Notes: generated by a model from the sequence alone, not told the origin. 64,000 nucleotides of DNA from Octopus sinensis (GCF_006345805.1 NC_043002.1:16554001-16618000), one strand, 5' to 3'; numbered from the stretch's first letter, positions 1-13,092 are shown. Program-made: numbers and translations.

Positions 1-2355
1 AGCTTTCAAATCAATAAATGGAAGTTTAAAACAGAGTGCTTATGTGTACAGATGAAATCAAGAAGATCCGATCAATAAAATTACTTCATGATGTATATGT
101 ATATCATAAATTGTCAGGAGGTATGAAATATGACTGCATTTATCTCATCATTTCCTATCCTTATAATTACGAACGTTTACTATCCTTCTCCGTGAATTTA
201 AGTGTCAAAATAAAATTATGGTTACGCATCATATTTGCCTCAACATCATTGTTTACACGACGATTCAAATCTGTTTTGAATCCGTGGTGCAACCTTCATG
301 TTGCGGTAACCTAATGAACTACTTTTCTTTATCTGAATCGATTTGTAAATATAAATCTGCATTCTATGCTATATGGAAACCATGTTAATTCAAAGATTTA
401 GGCATAATTGCAATCCATGTTGAAATTATTGCCACATGAAGATAGCTGAGAAACGGCCGTTAACTTAAGGATGCCATGTGGTTAAGTAATTGTATTCATT
501 TTTCATATTTTCTGACATTTTGTGGCATATATCTACTGTAGAGTGGGGCCTATGTGTGTGTACACTCACGCGTGTATGCATGCATATGTGTGTATGTGTG
601 AATGTATCAGGTCAGGCTCGGATATATTGCGGTATGCCACGCCAGAAATCACTATCGAATGATGCACGACGGACACCTGTCTTGGATTTCATTCTCATTG
701 GTCTTTCGCTAGCTCAAATATCTCGTCTGCGCACACAATGGCTAGAGATGATCGCAGTAGCTTGCTCAATGTACTTGTTGAAATGTTGTTATTTGTTCAT
801 TTGCATGATATCACCGTACTCTAGCGTAGGTGGTGTCATTTTATTTAATCCAAAGCTGGCTTGCTGTCAGCTTTGGCTATTACTGAGTAAGAGTAGACGT
901 TAGAACTGAATTGGTTCTACACTCCATAAAACTTCTGGAACTTCCGAACCGTGTTCCCACTTTCGAATGTAGTTCTAAATTATAAGAAACATGTATTACC
1001 AAACTCCTACTGTGGCCTCTTCATTCTTGAATCTTACAATTTAAAATCTATTTCCTCCGTGAACAACAGCATTAAATATGGCTTCTATCTCATTTATTTC
1101 ACCATCAAAATTTATTTGGTGTCATTCAAAGAACCTGTAATACGATTACACATTACACAACTCATTTTATATTTCATTCTAGTTCTTTAGTTATATATCC
1201 CTTCATGAGAATGTCGGGTTTCCCTCAGCGTCGCCAAGCCTGCCTTTTCTTACTCTCTTTCAAGATACTGAAATTCTTATACAATGTTCAATGTAATGTA
1301 ATAAACCTACTTGCATCTTTCGTCTCTTTACTTACAGCTCGCTTGTCAAGAAATTGCACTTTTCTTTACTATCTACAAGCTTATATTGTAACTACGTTTA
1401 TATAAATACGACAAATGATACACTACACGTTACGTTCTATGTGCTATATATTTCTTAAACAATTGATACTCAAACACGCAGAATCAATCTCTTCTTCCAA
1501 GTATCAGAATATGTCTGCACATTGGTGACATTAGAACCTCCATCAATACGATAAAGAATTGGCTTGCTCAATGGAGGAATGGAAGCCAGTGTAAGAACTG
1601 TGTGACAATTTTTAAGATTGTGTCTCAAAGCATACACACTCAATATTCCTTTCATTATTTAAAATCTTTGGTTATAAATTCCAATTTCTCAGGATAACAA
1701 TACTTTTTTAAACCTTATATTTTACATTATGTTGGTTAAATTATTCGAATGCGTACATGGCAGAGCATAACAAATGACATTTCCCTCATCAGAGGTACAT
1801 TAAAGCGTTAAAAGAGTTTTAAAAATGTATAATCTAGAAGCATAAAGACGTTTTGATATAATATTAAGATATTTTAAATTGTAAAAATTCGTAAAATATC
1901 TATGAGTTTTCCTAAAGTTACAGAAGTTGAAACGATAAAGCATATTGTTCATACAAACACATGAGATGTTATGGGTATTTACATGCATCTATGCTTTTAA
2001 TATATATATATAGGAGGCGGTGAACCACAATCGCTTGGGTGGGGGCACAACCTCACGTCCCCTCCCAATTTCTGCTACATCTTCTCATAAACTGTCAGAT
2101 CAGCCAAGTCCAACTCTCTTTGCTTCATCTCCGAGACTTCTGCAAAACTCCTTGTCTTTTCCAACATTCCATCCATCTTTAAAACCACCCTCACGAGCTC
2201 CTCCTCCGCTTAAGATAACTCAGACCCGATAAGGTCTGAGTAAATTGATTCTCAACGCAGCAACAAAAACCAACGTCCGTCACAAAAAAAAACAAATAAA
2301 TTCTGGGTAACCGGAAGTAAGCAAGCTAGTTACCACACAGCCTCTCCCACGCCTG

Positions 2356-2515
<160 letters not shown>

Positions 2516-3435
2516 AAACTATGGACGCATTGCATATAAAACATTTATGTGTTTTCAATATATATGTTGTTTTTGTTCTCGTTATTTGTAATGTATTGCC
2601 AGAAAGACTGCTTCAGGATGATATAATCTATATAAGACTACATCATTCTTCTTTGTAATGCTTTGATCTGTTTCCATCGATTGCAAGATGTCTCCCCGCT
2701 GCTAAATTCCTCTTGTTGTATCTTGTTTATTTTAATCTATTTGAATTGTCCGTGCCGTGGGATTTTAATCAAGTCAGAAAACTTGGATCACCGATATCAC
2801 GTAAATAGACAAAAATGTCTTTATCAGGCCAAGTGCCAACAGCAAACTTTTTGCTTTTGGTGTTGGTTTTGTTTTCAATTTTGCTGTTGCTCTTTTTGTT
2901 AGTGTTCTTGTTGCTGTTGTTGTTCTTGTTGTGGCAGTGACTGTTGTTGTTGTTTTTGTTTTTGTTGCTGTTGTTGTCGTGACCCTCTTGATCTCACGCT
3001 GCCTTTACAATGCAATATTTTTTCTTGATAATAAATACCGCTTATCATAAATTAATTTAAACAAACTTGGTGCCAAAAGACACCGACCGACGTTCTTATC
3101 TCACAGAATAAAGGAAGCTTAATGAAATAAAATGTATAAAACATGACATATCTTCTGAAGGAGGTTATCAATGAAGAAATCCAATCAAATTTGAGATTCT
3201 TCCTACGACTGCTGCATAATGACGTGGAGACACATAACTAACTGTTTCTATATATTAGAAACTTTTTCTAACTTCTACGGAAAATGAATCCAACAAAAAT
3301 CTAAAGTTCCAGCAAATCAAATATTCTTTCCCCATGAGTGTTGTCAAGAAATGTTACTTTAACATTTCTTTAGGAATTTATTAAACAATATGAAATAAAG
3401 CATTCCAAATGTTATTCACATTTTTGAAGCAGTAT

Positions 3436-3824
3436 TCTCTTTTACTCTTTTACTCTTTTACTTGTTTCAGTCATTTCAGTCATTCGAGCAAATCGACCCC
3501 GGGACTTATTCATTGTAAGCCTAGTACTTATTCTACCGGTCTCTTTTTGCCGAACCGCTAAGTTACGGGGACGTAAACACACCAGCATCGGTTGTCAAGC
3601 GATGTTGGGAGGGCCAAACACAGACACACAAACACACACACATACATATATATACATATATACGACAGGCTTCTTTCAGTTTCCGTCTACCAAATCCACT
3701 CACAAGGCATTGGTCGGCCCGGGGCTATAGCAGAAGACACTTGCCCAAGATGCCGCGCAGTGGGACTGAACCCAGAACCATGTGGCTGGTTAGCAAGCTA
3801 CTTACCACACAGCCACTCCTGCGC
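3436..3824 (-). mobile_element. tRNA-derived SINE family B (CORE-like), internally deleted tail
   Basis: Head GGAGTGGCTGTGTGGTAAG...GGGTTCAGTCCC, CORE-like CTTGGGCAAGTGTCTT, internal microsatellite, tail ACTGAAACAAG(TAAAAGAG)n. Confidence 0.85.
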
Positions 3825-4208
3825 CTAGATTGTTTTTCTTTTTTGTAAAGCACATTAGTAAATAATTATGGTTATATAGAGATATAGACACTAACAACTC
3901 TAATGTATCTGCGTGTGAAAACTAAATAACATTCTACTCTATGTAAAAGACTTGTTATGTTGTCTTTCAACGAACCAGTTCTAATCATTAAGATATGCTC
4001 TAGACAGATTGAAATGAACAAGGTTTTCGTATCATTAAAAAAGTTCAAAAGAACTATATTAGCCATTTCGTTCTTCTTACACTCTTCTAAGTGAAAAATC
4101 TGGTAAGTATATATTTATATGTTATAAGGTTGATATCAAAAGTACGGTATTACTATTGCAAGTGAAAATAAAGACAGGTTTAGATGTAGTATGACATCAG
4201 AAGTATTT

Positions 4209-4720
4209 GCTCTTTTAGTCTTTTACTTGTTTCAGTCATTTGAATGTGGCCATGCTGGAGCACTGCCTTTAATCGAGCAAATCGACCCCAGGACTAATTC
4301 TTTGGAAGCCTAGTACTTATTCTATCGTTCACTTTTGCCAAACCGCTAGATTACGAGGACGTAAACACACAAGCATCGGTTGTCAAGCGATGTTGGGGGA
4401 ACAGACAAAGTCACACAAACAGACACACACACCCATATGCATATATACATATATACGACAGGCTTCTTTGAGTTTCCGTCGACCAAATCAACTCACAAGG
4501 CTTTGGTCGGTCCGAGGCTATAGTAGAAGACACTTGCCCAAGTTGCCATGCAGTTGGACTGAACCCGGAACCATGAGGTTCGTAAGCATGCTACGTACCA
4601 CATAGCCACTCTTACGTCTATATTATGCAAAGACACTTGCCCAACGTGGCACGCAATGGGACTGAACTTGGAACTATGTGCTTAGTAAGCAAGCTACTTA
4701 CCACTCAACCACTCCTGCGC
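4209..4720 (-). mobile_element. SINE family B plus an adjacent extra head fragment (4628-4720)
   Basis: Same head, CORE-like block and tail as the 3436-3824 copy. Confidence 0.85.
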
Positions 4721-5004
4721 ATCTATACTATTAAAATCCTACAGTATTTAGTAGGTGCCTTCCATGAATTTTAAATTCTCAGCGGTATCAAACTATTCAG
4801 TTACAATAAACCACCAGTTAAATAAGAGTGTTCTTTTTTACAATATGTTATCTATATAGTATATCCAAAAATTTTCTCTCTGTCAATACTAGCAAGTGAT
4901 ACTGCATCACATGCTATTGCATTATTTTAGCCATTTGTTCATTATTTTCGATTAAAGTACCGCAGTCATAGTAAAATGTTGACTAAAATCACAGTACAAG
5001 AGAA

Positions 5005-5585
5005 AGCGCCGATCTAGCAAAGACTTTTTTCACGCCGGGGAAATTACTTAACGATATTTCGCCCCTCTTTGCGTTCTGAGTTCAAATTACGCCCAAGTGG
5101 AATTGTATTTGATCGTTCGGGAACGATAAATTAAGTACCACTTCAGCACTGTGGTTGCTGTAACCGACTTAAAACCTCCCCTGAAATTGCAGGCTTTGTG
5201 CCAAAATTTGAAACCAATATTTTGCCAAGTGTAAGGGAGCAACCCCGAACAATTGTTATCACTCCGGACATAATGCTTAAAGATATTTCCTCCGTCTTGA
5301 AACTCTGAATTCAAATTCTGACAACATCAGCTTTGTACATTATCCTTTCGGAGTCGATAAAATAAGTAACATTTGACCACCGGGATCGATGCACTTGACA
5401 TAACCTGTAGCCCCTAACTGCTGGCCTTTTGCAAAAATTTAAGATCGATATTAAGACGAGGTGGTCTTTGATTTTATCTTGTTGTGGTTGATAAAATAAT
5501 CAACAGTGGAGCCCTGGGGTCAATGTAATCGTTCTACTCGCAGACTCGAAATTGCTGGCCTTGTGCCAAAATTTCAATTGAGTAT
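5005..5585 (+). mobile_element. three tandem diverged family A-variant SINE units
   Basis: Repeated GATAAA(T/A)TAA core and GAAATTGCTGGCCTTGTGCCAAAATTT-type 3' end. Confidence 0.7.
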
Positions 5586-5804
5586 CATGTGAAGAGTTTA
5601 GGAACTGTATGACCCTTTCTTGCACATGTAATACTTTTTGAAATCTTACAAACGCACTCTCATATTCTATTGACAATGTTAGTTTTTGTGAAGGTCGCTA
5701 TTCTAATATCGCTGTTAGCAACTGGTACTATGGCATATTATTATAAAGTGCGGTATATTTTGGTCTGATATAAAAAAAATCATATTTATAACGGACGATA
5801 TAAA

Positions 5805-5807
<3 letters not shown>

Positions 5808-5870
<63 letters not shown>
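5808..5870. repeat. (TA)n microsatellite
   Basis: Direct reading. Confidence 0.95.
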
Positions 5871-5872
<2 letters not shown>

Positions 5873-6076
5873 CAGAGAAACAATGCTTATACATTTCATA
5901 ATACACTGTATAAGATAGACAAATGTTAAATGTAGTGTATTTATCTCTAGCCTGCGTGTTTAATTTCATCTTTGCTTAAAATCTAACAAGGAACAATATA
6001 TTCGAATACTTCACGACGATTTCATTGCACATTGCAGTGAAATATATCAAACTTTGACAATAATATTATGCACATG

Positions 6077-6305
6077 TGAAGGCGGCGAGCTGGCAGAACC
6101 GTTAGCACGCCGGGAGAAATGCGTAGCCGTATTTCATCTGCCGTTACGTTCTGAGTTCAAATTCCGCCGAGGTCGACTTTGCCTTTCATTCTTTCGGGGT
6201 CGATAAATTAAGTACGCACTGGGGTCGATGTAATCGACTTAATCCCTTTGTCTGTCCTTGTTTGTCCCCTCTATGTTTAGCCCCTTGTGTGCAATAAAGA
6301 AACAA
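6077..6305 (+). mobile_element. tRNA-derived SINE family A with probable target-site duplication
   Basis: A-box-like TGGCAGAACCG, B box GAGTTCAAATTCC, central GCCTTTCATTCTTTCGGGGTCGATAAATTAAGTAC. Flanks ATTATGCACATG / ATTATGCAAATG. Confidence 0.88.
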
Positions 6306-7115
6306 ATAATATTATGCAAATGCCATTTCCGATGACGATTTTATAATTGCCATTTCACTGTTTCCTTAAATATAAAACATATATAAAAAAAAAATTAAGT
6401 ATAAAAAACAAAACTGGTTTCCTATGAAACACAATATTGATTTGTAATGTTAGAAAAGGGAAAGGTTGTTGAAAGTTAAGCAATAGATAGTCCCCTTGGC
6501 AGCATAAAAATAAAAACTACACTCATAACACTTGTCTGATAAATTGTTGGCTCACATGGTTGTAGCCCAAATAAATCAGTAAATCACATTCTACTACAAA
6601 AATCGAATCGATAGACTATTTTTTTATCAGACAAATCAATTTATATCTAATAATATAAGAAACATACCCTGTAACACTAAAACCATTAAAAATATAATTG
6701 AATCTCGTACGATATGCATCTACGCTATAGGTTATAAATTCTATAGATAAAAATATAGAAGTTTTTTAGTTAGATCTACTGTCAACTGCTGCTGGTATTT
6801 TGAGAACAACTACTACTTCGTCGTATATATATTTGAAATATTCGAGCAGACAAAGAGCTGAAGACTGTTCAAATTACCACTTGGGAATGCAAAACACGCT
6901 CATCTAGTAAATGACTACAGAAAATACACGGCTTTCATGGGAACAGAGCGAAAATAATCTATTGGATACGATATGTCAACTGTAATCCAGCAGGAATATC
7001 GGTTATATTTAAACTTAAGTTTTGCTGTATAAGAATCTATACCGATGAGAATTCTACTAATATTCTTTAAGAAAAAAAATGCATAATTCATGTGAAGTAA
7101 CACATACAAATGTAG

Positions 7116-7164
<49 letters not shown>

Positions 7165-7399
7165 TATCTGTGGGGATTTTCATATACAAGTCGTTATATG
7201 TATACATTTAAACGAAATTTCTACATTTTTCATTTACGCACGGATGTCATTTCTGTTTTGACGGCAATATTATACTCACACACAGCTACACACATGCACA
7301 CACTCACATATATATACACATACATATACATACAATTACATTCATACACACAGACACAAATACATATATATATATATATATATATTTATATGTATATAT

Positions 7400-7580
7400 A
7401 AAATACAAAATGGCACAAGAACGCAAAACATCCGGACAACTAAGGGATACAAAAAGGGACATTAAAACATCCAGATAGACGATAAAATAAAACAAGGACG
7501 GGTCAGTCGAAGCTTTCTATCCTCAGTCAAGAACCGGATCATCCTCGCAATTTCGGCTGATCAATGTTGAGATTGCTCCA
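7400..7580 (-). repeat. possible Penelope-type terminal-repeat fragment
   Basis: Shares ATCAGCCGAAA with the 45 kb hammerhead element and contains CTGAGGA-TA-GAAAGCTT. Truncated by a microsatellite. Confidence 0.4.
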
Positions 7581-7601
7581 TTCATACATACATACATATA
7601 T

Positions 7602-7656
<55 letters not shown>

Positions 7657-8002
7657 ATATATATATATTATTTATTTATTTATTTATTTATCTATATATA
7701 CGTGCATGCATAGTTATGCATATATATGTAAATACACATACGTACACAAGTAGGTGTGTAGAAATTTGAAACCGAACGGTGAAACGTTTACTTAGACGTA
7801 TGCGGGAGTATTAGTGAAACACAGATGACCTCTGAACCATGCATACCAACATACGTACAGAATCACATGCGCGCTTGCTCATTCAAACGCATACCTACAC
7901 ACGAACACAGATATACAAACACAGACACGAGAACAAAGACACGCAGAGGTTGATTGTAACAGTGAAGTGAGGACGAAGCTTTAGGTCAGCATCAGTATAT
8001 TG

Positions 8003-8110
<108 letters not shown>

Positions 8111-9469
8111 GCCAAATGTATAGTTGTGTAATGGCATATAATCCTACATACAGCATCAAATTTCCATCACATGCAGCATTTCGTACAGATTTGTACTCAC
8201 TCAGTTTCTGGCACATTCCATTCGAGTCGTTCAGTTGACGTTCATTATTAATATCTTGGCCACTTTTACATTAATATCATGTAACTTTAGCAATTGGAAC
8301 CATACATGACTGTTTTTTTTTATCAAAGGAGTTACTATAGAATCTACAATCCATATGTATGCACATTTATACACTTAAAAAGTAAAGGAACATATACTCA
8401 GCAAGCAAGCGCAGTTCTGCATTTCTCTATGTTAACAGTTCTCATGTTAAAGATAACAAAATTAATGAAAAATATATTTTAAATTCAGTTATTTCAAAGA
8501 ATATTTATACGTTCCAAAATGAGTGGAATAGTTGACAGGTTAATTTGCTCCATCTTGTAGGATTTTCTATTCTCACATTGTTTTTCTCGTTGTTTTCCTG
8601 TATTCGTTTATTGATTGTTTTCCATCCTTCGTGTTTATTTTCATTCAATTTTAGTAAATTAAGAATTGTTATCAAATATTTTGCCTGCAATTCTCTTATC
8701 AAACTGACAGCAAGTATCTTTAAATTTCTATCAACGCTCTTTACACTCTGGGAAATATTTAGAAATATTTGAAATGAACCAAAAAGAATAAAATAAAGTT
8801 GACAGAAATATATGTGAAAAAATACGTTGGATGCTGGATAATAAATGATGTGTTTGCATGTGTGTCAACAACTAAATGACGCCAGGTATGAATCTTCCTG
8901 GTAAAAACTAAAGGTCTGCAGAAATACATGGATCGTTTTCCAATAATTTCTCAAGAGAGTAACCTGAAGCGATAACAATGAGAATTACCTCAAAATGAAA
9001 ATAAAACAGCAAAAAGAAATGTCAAGTTCACAAACAACTTCCACGATAGAAACATGAAGATGCGACATGAAAGCCGAAGACAAACTCAACAGTTATATAA
9101 ATAGCATCAACAAGAACAACAGAAAAAGTGGAATAACCAACAAATGTGCAACTCGAAATGCAGAAGTGACTTGAAGTCTAACATTAAAATATCGACAAAT
9201 GCAATAACAACAAGAAATAACATCAGAGAAATACATTATTAATGGCAAAGTAAATGTCAAATGGATCCAAATAACTATAAAATGAAGTAGAAGATGTAAA
9301 TTTTAAAATACTAACAGGTGAAATTTATCTTATTCAAATTGAATTATAGTTGTTCCAGAAGAAATGGGAAGCTACGAAATCTAAAATTAGCTGGAAATTA
9401 AAGGTTCATAATAAATATAATTATGTATATAGATCAAGTTCAAATTAACAGAAAAGAAAGGATTTAGAA

Positions 9470-9670
9470 AGGTGTAGGAGCAACTATTACGTTACCGCTC
9501 GGGGGAATTGGAAAAGTCTTTTACGTTTCGAGCCTATGCACTTCGACGGAAAGGATTAAGAGGAAAAAATAAAAGAGAGATTGAAAAAAAAAGGAAAAGT
9601 GAAAAGATGTGCAGAGTTCAAAGGTCCAACATGTCGACATGACTGGAAAACAGAGGCTGAACGAAACGGA
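9470..9670 (-). repeat. copy of the variant-hammerhead repeat family (core CCGUCGA, degenerate)
   Basis: The - strand reads CATGTTGGACC...CTTT CCGTCGA A GTGC ATAG GCTC GAAAC GTA AAAGACTTTTCC...CGAGCGGTAAC. Confidence 0.6.
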
Positions 9671-9675
9671 GATGT

Positions 9676-9763
9676 GATTATTATTATTATTAATATTATT
9701 ATTATATTATTATTATTATTGTTATTATTATATTATTATATTATTATATTATTATTATTATTA

Positions 9764-9807
<44 letters not shown>

Positions 9808-9853
9808 TATTATATTATTATTATTATTATTATTATTATTTTTAATATTAATG

Positions 9854-9910
<57 letters not shown>
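9676..9910. repeat. (ATT)n followed by (AAT)n inverted microsatellite
   Basis: Direct reading; the switch is near 9845. Confidence 0.95.
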
Positions 9911-9911
<1 letters not shown>

Positions 9912-10354
9912 TAAGTGATCATAATATCTCAGCGAAAGAGTTTGACAAGCTCAGAAAATATAAAGACCTACTCATTGAAATTGAGAAAACGTGGCATCTC
10001 AAGGCGGTTACAATACCAGTGATCGTAGGAGCACTAGGAATGATCAAGAAGGGAACCGAAAATTATATGAGAATGACCCCTGGCTTACCATCCCTGCAAG
10101 AAGTGCAAAAGATTGTCTTAACTGGTACATCACACGTATTGAGAAGAGCATTGTCGATGTGAGAACTGTTGCTGCTCATGTATTTTAATTAAAAAAAAAA
10201 AATGAACGAACTACTGAGTTTGGTTTAATGGCCTACCAATGTATACTATGAGTTTCTTTGTCCTAGGAGTCGGGAAGACACTCGGCAAGAAATGATAGCA
10301 AATTTGAAAGAAGAAGAAAAAAAGTAATAATAATAAAAATAATAATAATAATAA
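9911..10354 (+). mobile_element. 3' fragment of an R4/Dong-type (RLE) LINE
   Basis: DHNISAKEFDKLRKYKDLLIEIEKTWHLKAVTIPVIVGALGMIKKG...VQKIVLTGTSHVLRRALSM* is the C-terminal end of a restriction-like endonuclease domain. Flanked by (AAT)n on both sides. Confidence 0.85.
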
Positions 10355-10839
10355 CTCCTTGTTTTTAAAGGTAGAAACTTCGGGTTAACGAAAGTGTTTT
10401 TGTATAATATATTAAGAAATGTGTCGGAAGTAAAAGCGTTAAAATAATTTTGTTATATGCTTTCAAAAATCAGACACCAATAAATATATATATACGATGT
10501 CTATATAAATATATAATGCTAAAATGAAATGTATTTAGGTTTGGGTTAAAATCATTTTTAAATAGCGCTTTCGTCCCTTTCAGAGATTCTTCATGAGAGA
10601 TTTCTGGTGAGAAATTTAAAACTTATATATGGATGTGAGTCTTTCACAGAATAACTTAAAGAAATTTATTGTAATTAATATATTTAAAACAATATCTTTC
10701 AACTGTCATAAATTTATATCATCCGACGTAAGAACCTCTGTCTTTCTGACTTTCTTTCTTCTGTCTTTTTTCTTTTCTCCATTCTTTCTTTCTTTCTTTC
10801 TTTGTTACCATGTCTTTCCTTTTTCGTTTTATTTAAAAT

Positions 10840-11224
10840 TCTTCCAACGTAGATGGTTATGGATGGAAGCACTCCGTCGGTTACGACGACGAGGGTTCCG
10901 GTTGATCCGATCCACGGAACAGCCTGCTCGTGAAATTAACGTGTAAGTGGCTGAGCACTCCACAGACACGTGTACCTTTAACGTAGTTCTCGGGGATATT
11001 CAGCGTGACACAGAGAGTGACAAGGTCGGCCCTTTTGAAATACAGGTACAACAGAAACAGGAAGTAAGAGTGAGAGAAAGTTGTGGGGAAAGAGTACAGC
11101 CGGGATCACCACCATCCCTGCCGGAACCTCGTGGAGCTTTAGGTGTTTTCGCTCAATAAACACTCACAACGCCCGGTCTGGGAATCGAAACCGCGATCCT
11201 ACGACCGCGAGTCCGCTGCCCTAA
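10840..11224 (-). mobile_element. tRNA-derived SINE family C (head GGACTCGCGGTC...GGTTTCGATTCC)
   Basis: The - strand reads TTAGGGCAGCGGACTCGCGGTCGTAGGATCGCGGTTTCGATTCCCAGACCGGG...AAAACACCTAAAGCTCCACG. Confidence 0.8.
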
Positions 11225-11375
11225 GATGGTTGTAGACTCATATACACATAATCTACACACTTAAATATATGCGGACATTTCGATTCAAGATGAAGGAAAC
11301 ACATTCAGCACACAGAAGACACCTTCCCTCCAACATCTAAGGACACACTCACACACACACATCTCTCTCTCTCTT

Positions 11376-11407
<32 letters not shown>

Positions 11408-11437
11408 CCTTTATATATACAAACAACATACACGCAC

Positions 11438-11468
<31 letters not shown>

Positions 11469-11889
11469 CATATACACACACACATACACACGCTTATGCA
11501 TGTGAAGTACTGAGTAGATAGACAATGTGCACTCGCGCAACACGCACATACACATGCACATAGGCTCACATATATACTCGTCCATACAAATACACAACAC
11601 ACACATCATTCTTAACAACGCACACTTTAGGTTACTTGTACTCACACAGATACACAGGCCACACAGACACCCAGGCGGAGCTTAAATTTTTGTGGCCTGT
11701 GTTTCTGTGTGAGTACTCACGGACTTGCTACCATTCAAAAATACGCATTCACACAATCCATTCTCACATACACACACAGGCCTGTGCACTTTAGTTCGTC
11801 CAGGCCACCGTTATTATCTCCATTTCATTCAACATCTTTCTTCTAACTATTTTATGCTGTTGAAATATTAATGCGTACACATTTTGTTT

Positions 11890-12055
11890 AGCTTTCTGTT
11901 TTCTTTTTGTTTTGTTTTGTTTATATTTCTGTTTTTCGTTTTCGCTCCGTTTGTCTTCTTTTTTGTTTCTATTTTCATCTTAATCTTTTCTGCTGAAGTG
12001 CGTAGGCTCGAAATGTAAGAGACTTTTCCTTTCTTCCCGAGCGTTAAACTAATAA
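11890..12055 (+). repeat. copy of the variant-hammerhead repeat family (core CUGCUGA, degenerate)
   Basis: Pyrimidine-rich leader, then TTTT CTGCTGA A GTGC GTAG GCTC GAAAT GTA AGAGACTTTTCC...CGAGCGTTAAACTAATA. Confidence 0.6.
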
Positions 12056-12084
12056 TTTTGAACTAAATGTACATATATATATAT

Positions 12085-12120
<36 letters not shown>

Positions 12121-12301
12121 CGAAGGTAAACATTTTCTATATGAAATCATTCACGATAACGAATCCTCGAAAGTGACGAAGGCGCAAACTACATACCGTT
12201 TCTACAAATCACGACTCCCCTCATTTTTTATATATATACACTGTGCATCAATTTAAGCATTCTATGCACACAAACGCACACAGATACTGACATACATACC
12301 T

Positions 12302-12400
12302 CATATACATGCGTATATATAATATATATTTATATGTACATTATTTATATATATATATATATATATATATTTATTTATATATATATTATATATATATATC

Positions 12401-12447
<47 letters not shown>

Positions 12448-12515
12448 GATATATATATATATATATAGATATATATATATATATATATTATATATAATAT
12501 ATATATATTATATAT

Positions 12516-12559
<44 letters not shown>

Positions 12560-12566
12560 ATAATAT

Positions 12567-12614
<48 letters not shown>

Positions 12615-12617
12615 ATC
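12302..12617. repeat. long imperfect (TA)n tract
   Basis: Direct reading. Confidence 0.95.
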
Positions 12618-12619
12618 TG

Positions 12620-12825
12620 GAAGTTTTACGAAAATAAACAAAAGACGAAGGCAGGTAGAATACAAACAAACAATTGTATTAGTATGGCGCTCAGGAAGAG
12701 AAATAAAACAAGTCTTTTACGTTTCGAGCCTACGCTCTTCGACAGAAAGATACACAGAAAAGAAAGAAGGAGAGAAACAAGGAGAGAAAAAAATGTGTGT
12801 AGGAGCTAGCGGTCCAACATGTGTG
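12620..12825 (-). repeat. copy of the variant-hammerhead repeat family
   Basis: Shares CATGTTGGACC, the pyrimidine tract, the hammerhead-like core and the downstream GAGCG..ACTAATA with the 9.5 kb and 12.0 kb copies. Confidence 0.65.
12713..12750 (-). ncRNA. hammerhead-like fold with variant core (CUGUCGA)
   Basis: UCUUU CUGUCGA A GAGC GUAG GCUC GAAAC GUA AAAGA: perfect 5-bp helix I, 4-bp helix II, palindromic ACGU, GUA triplet. Core position 6 is U instead of A. Confidence 0.55.
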
Positions 12826-12838
12826 TGTGTGTTTTTGT

Positions 12839-13060
12839 AAGGCAGCGAGCTGGCAGAAACGTTAGCGCGCCGGGCGAAATGCTTAGCGGTATTTCGTCTG
12901 CCGTACGTTCCGAGTTCAAATTTCACCGAGGTTGACTTTGCCTTTCATCCTTTCGGGGTCGATAAATTAAGTACGCACTGGGATCGATGTAATCGACTTA
13001 ATCCTTTTGTCTGTCCTTGTTTGTCCCTTCTATGTTTAGCCCCTTGTAGGCAGTAAAGAA

Positions 13061-13062
<2 letters not shown>
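12839..13062 (+). mobile_element. SINE family A
   Basis: Colinear with the 6077-6305 copy. Confidence 0.88.

Positions 13063-13092
<30 letters not shown>

Noticed and set aside
1470-1655. Short ORFs on both strands with splice-like sites
   Set aside because: No recognisable product and conflicting strand signals; the same applies to the 490-903 ORF.
8800-9400. A-rich strand-biased stretch suggesting an old LINE/PLE coding relic
   Set aside because: No recognisable motif in any frame.
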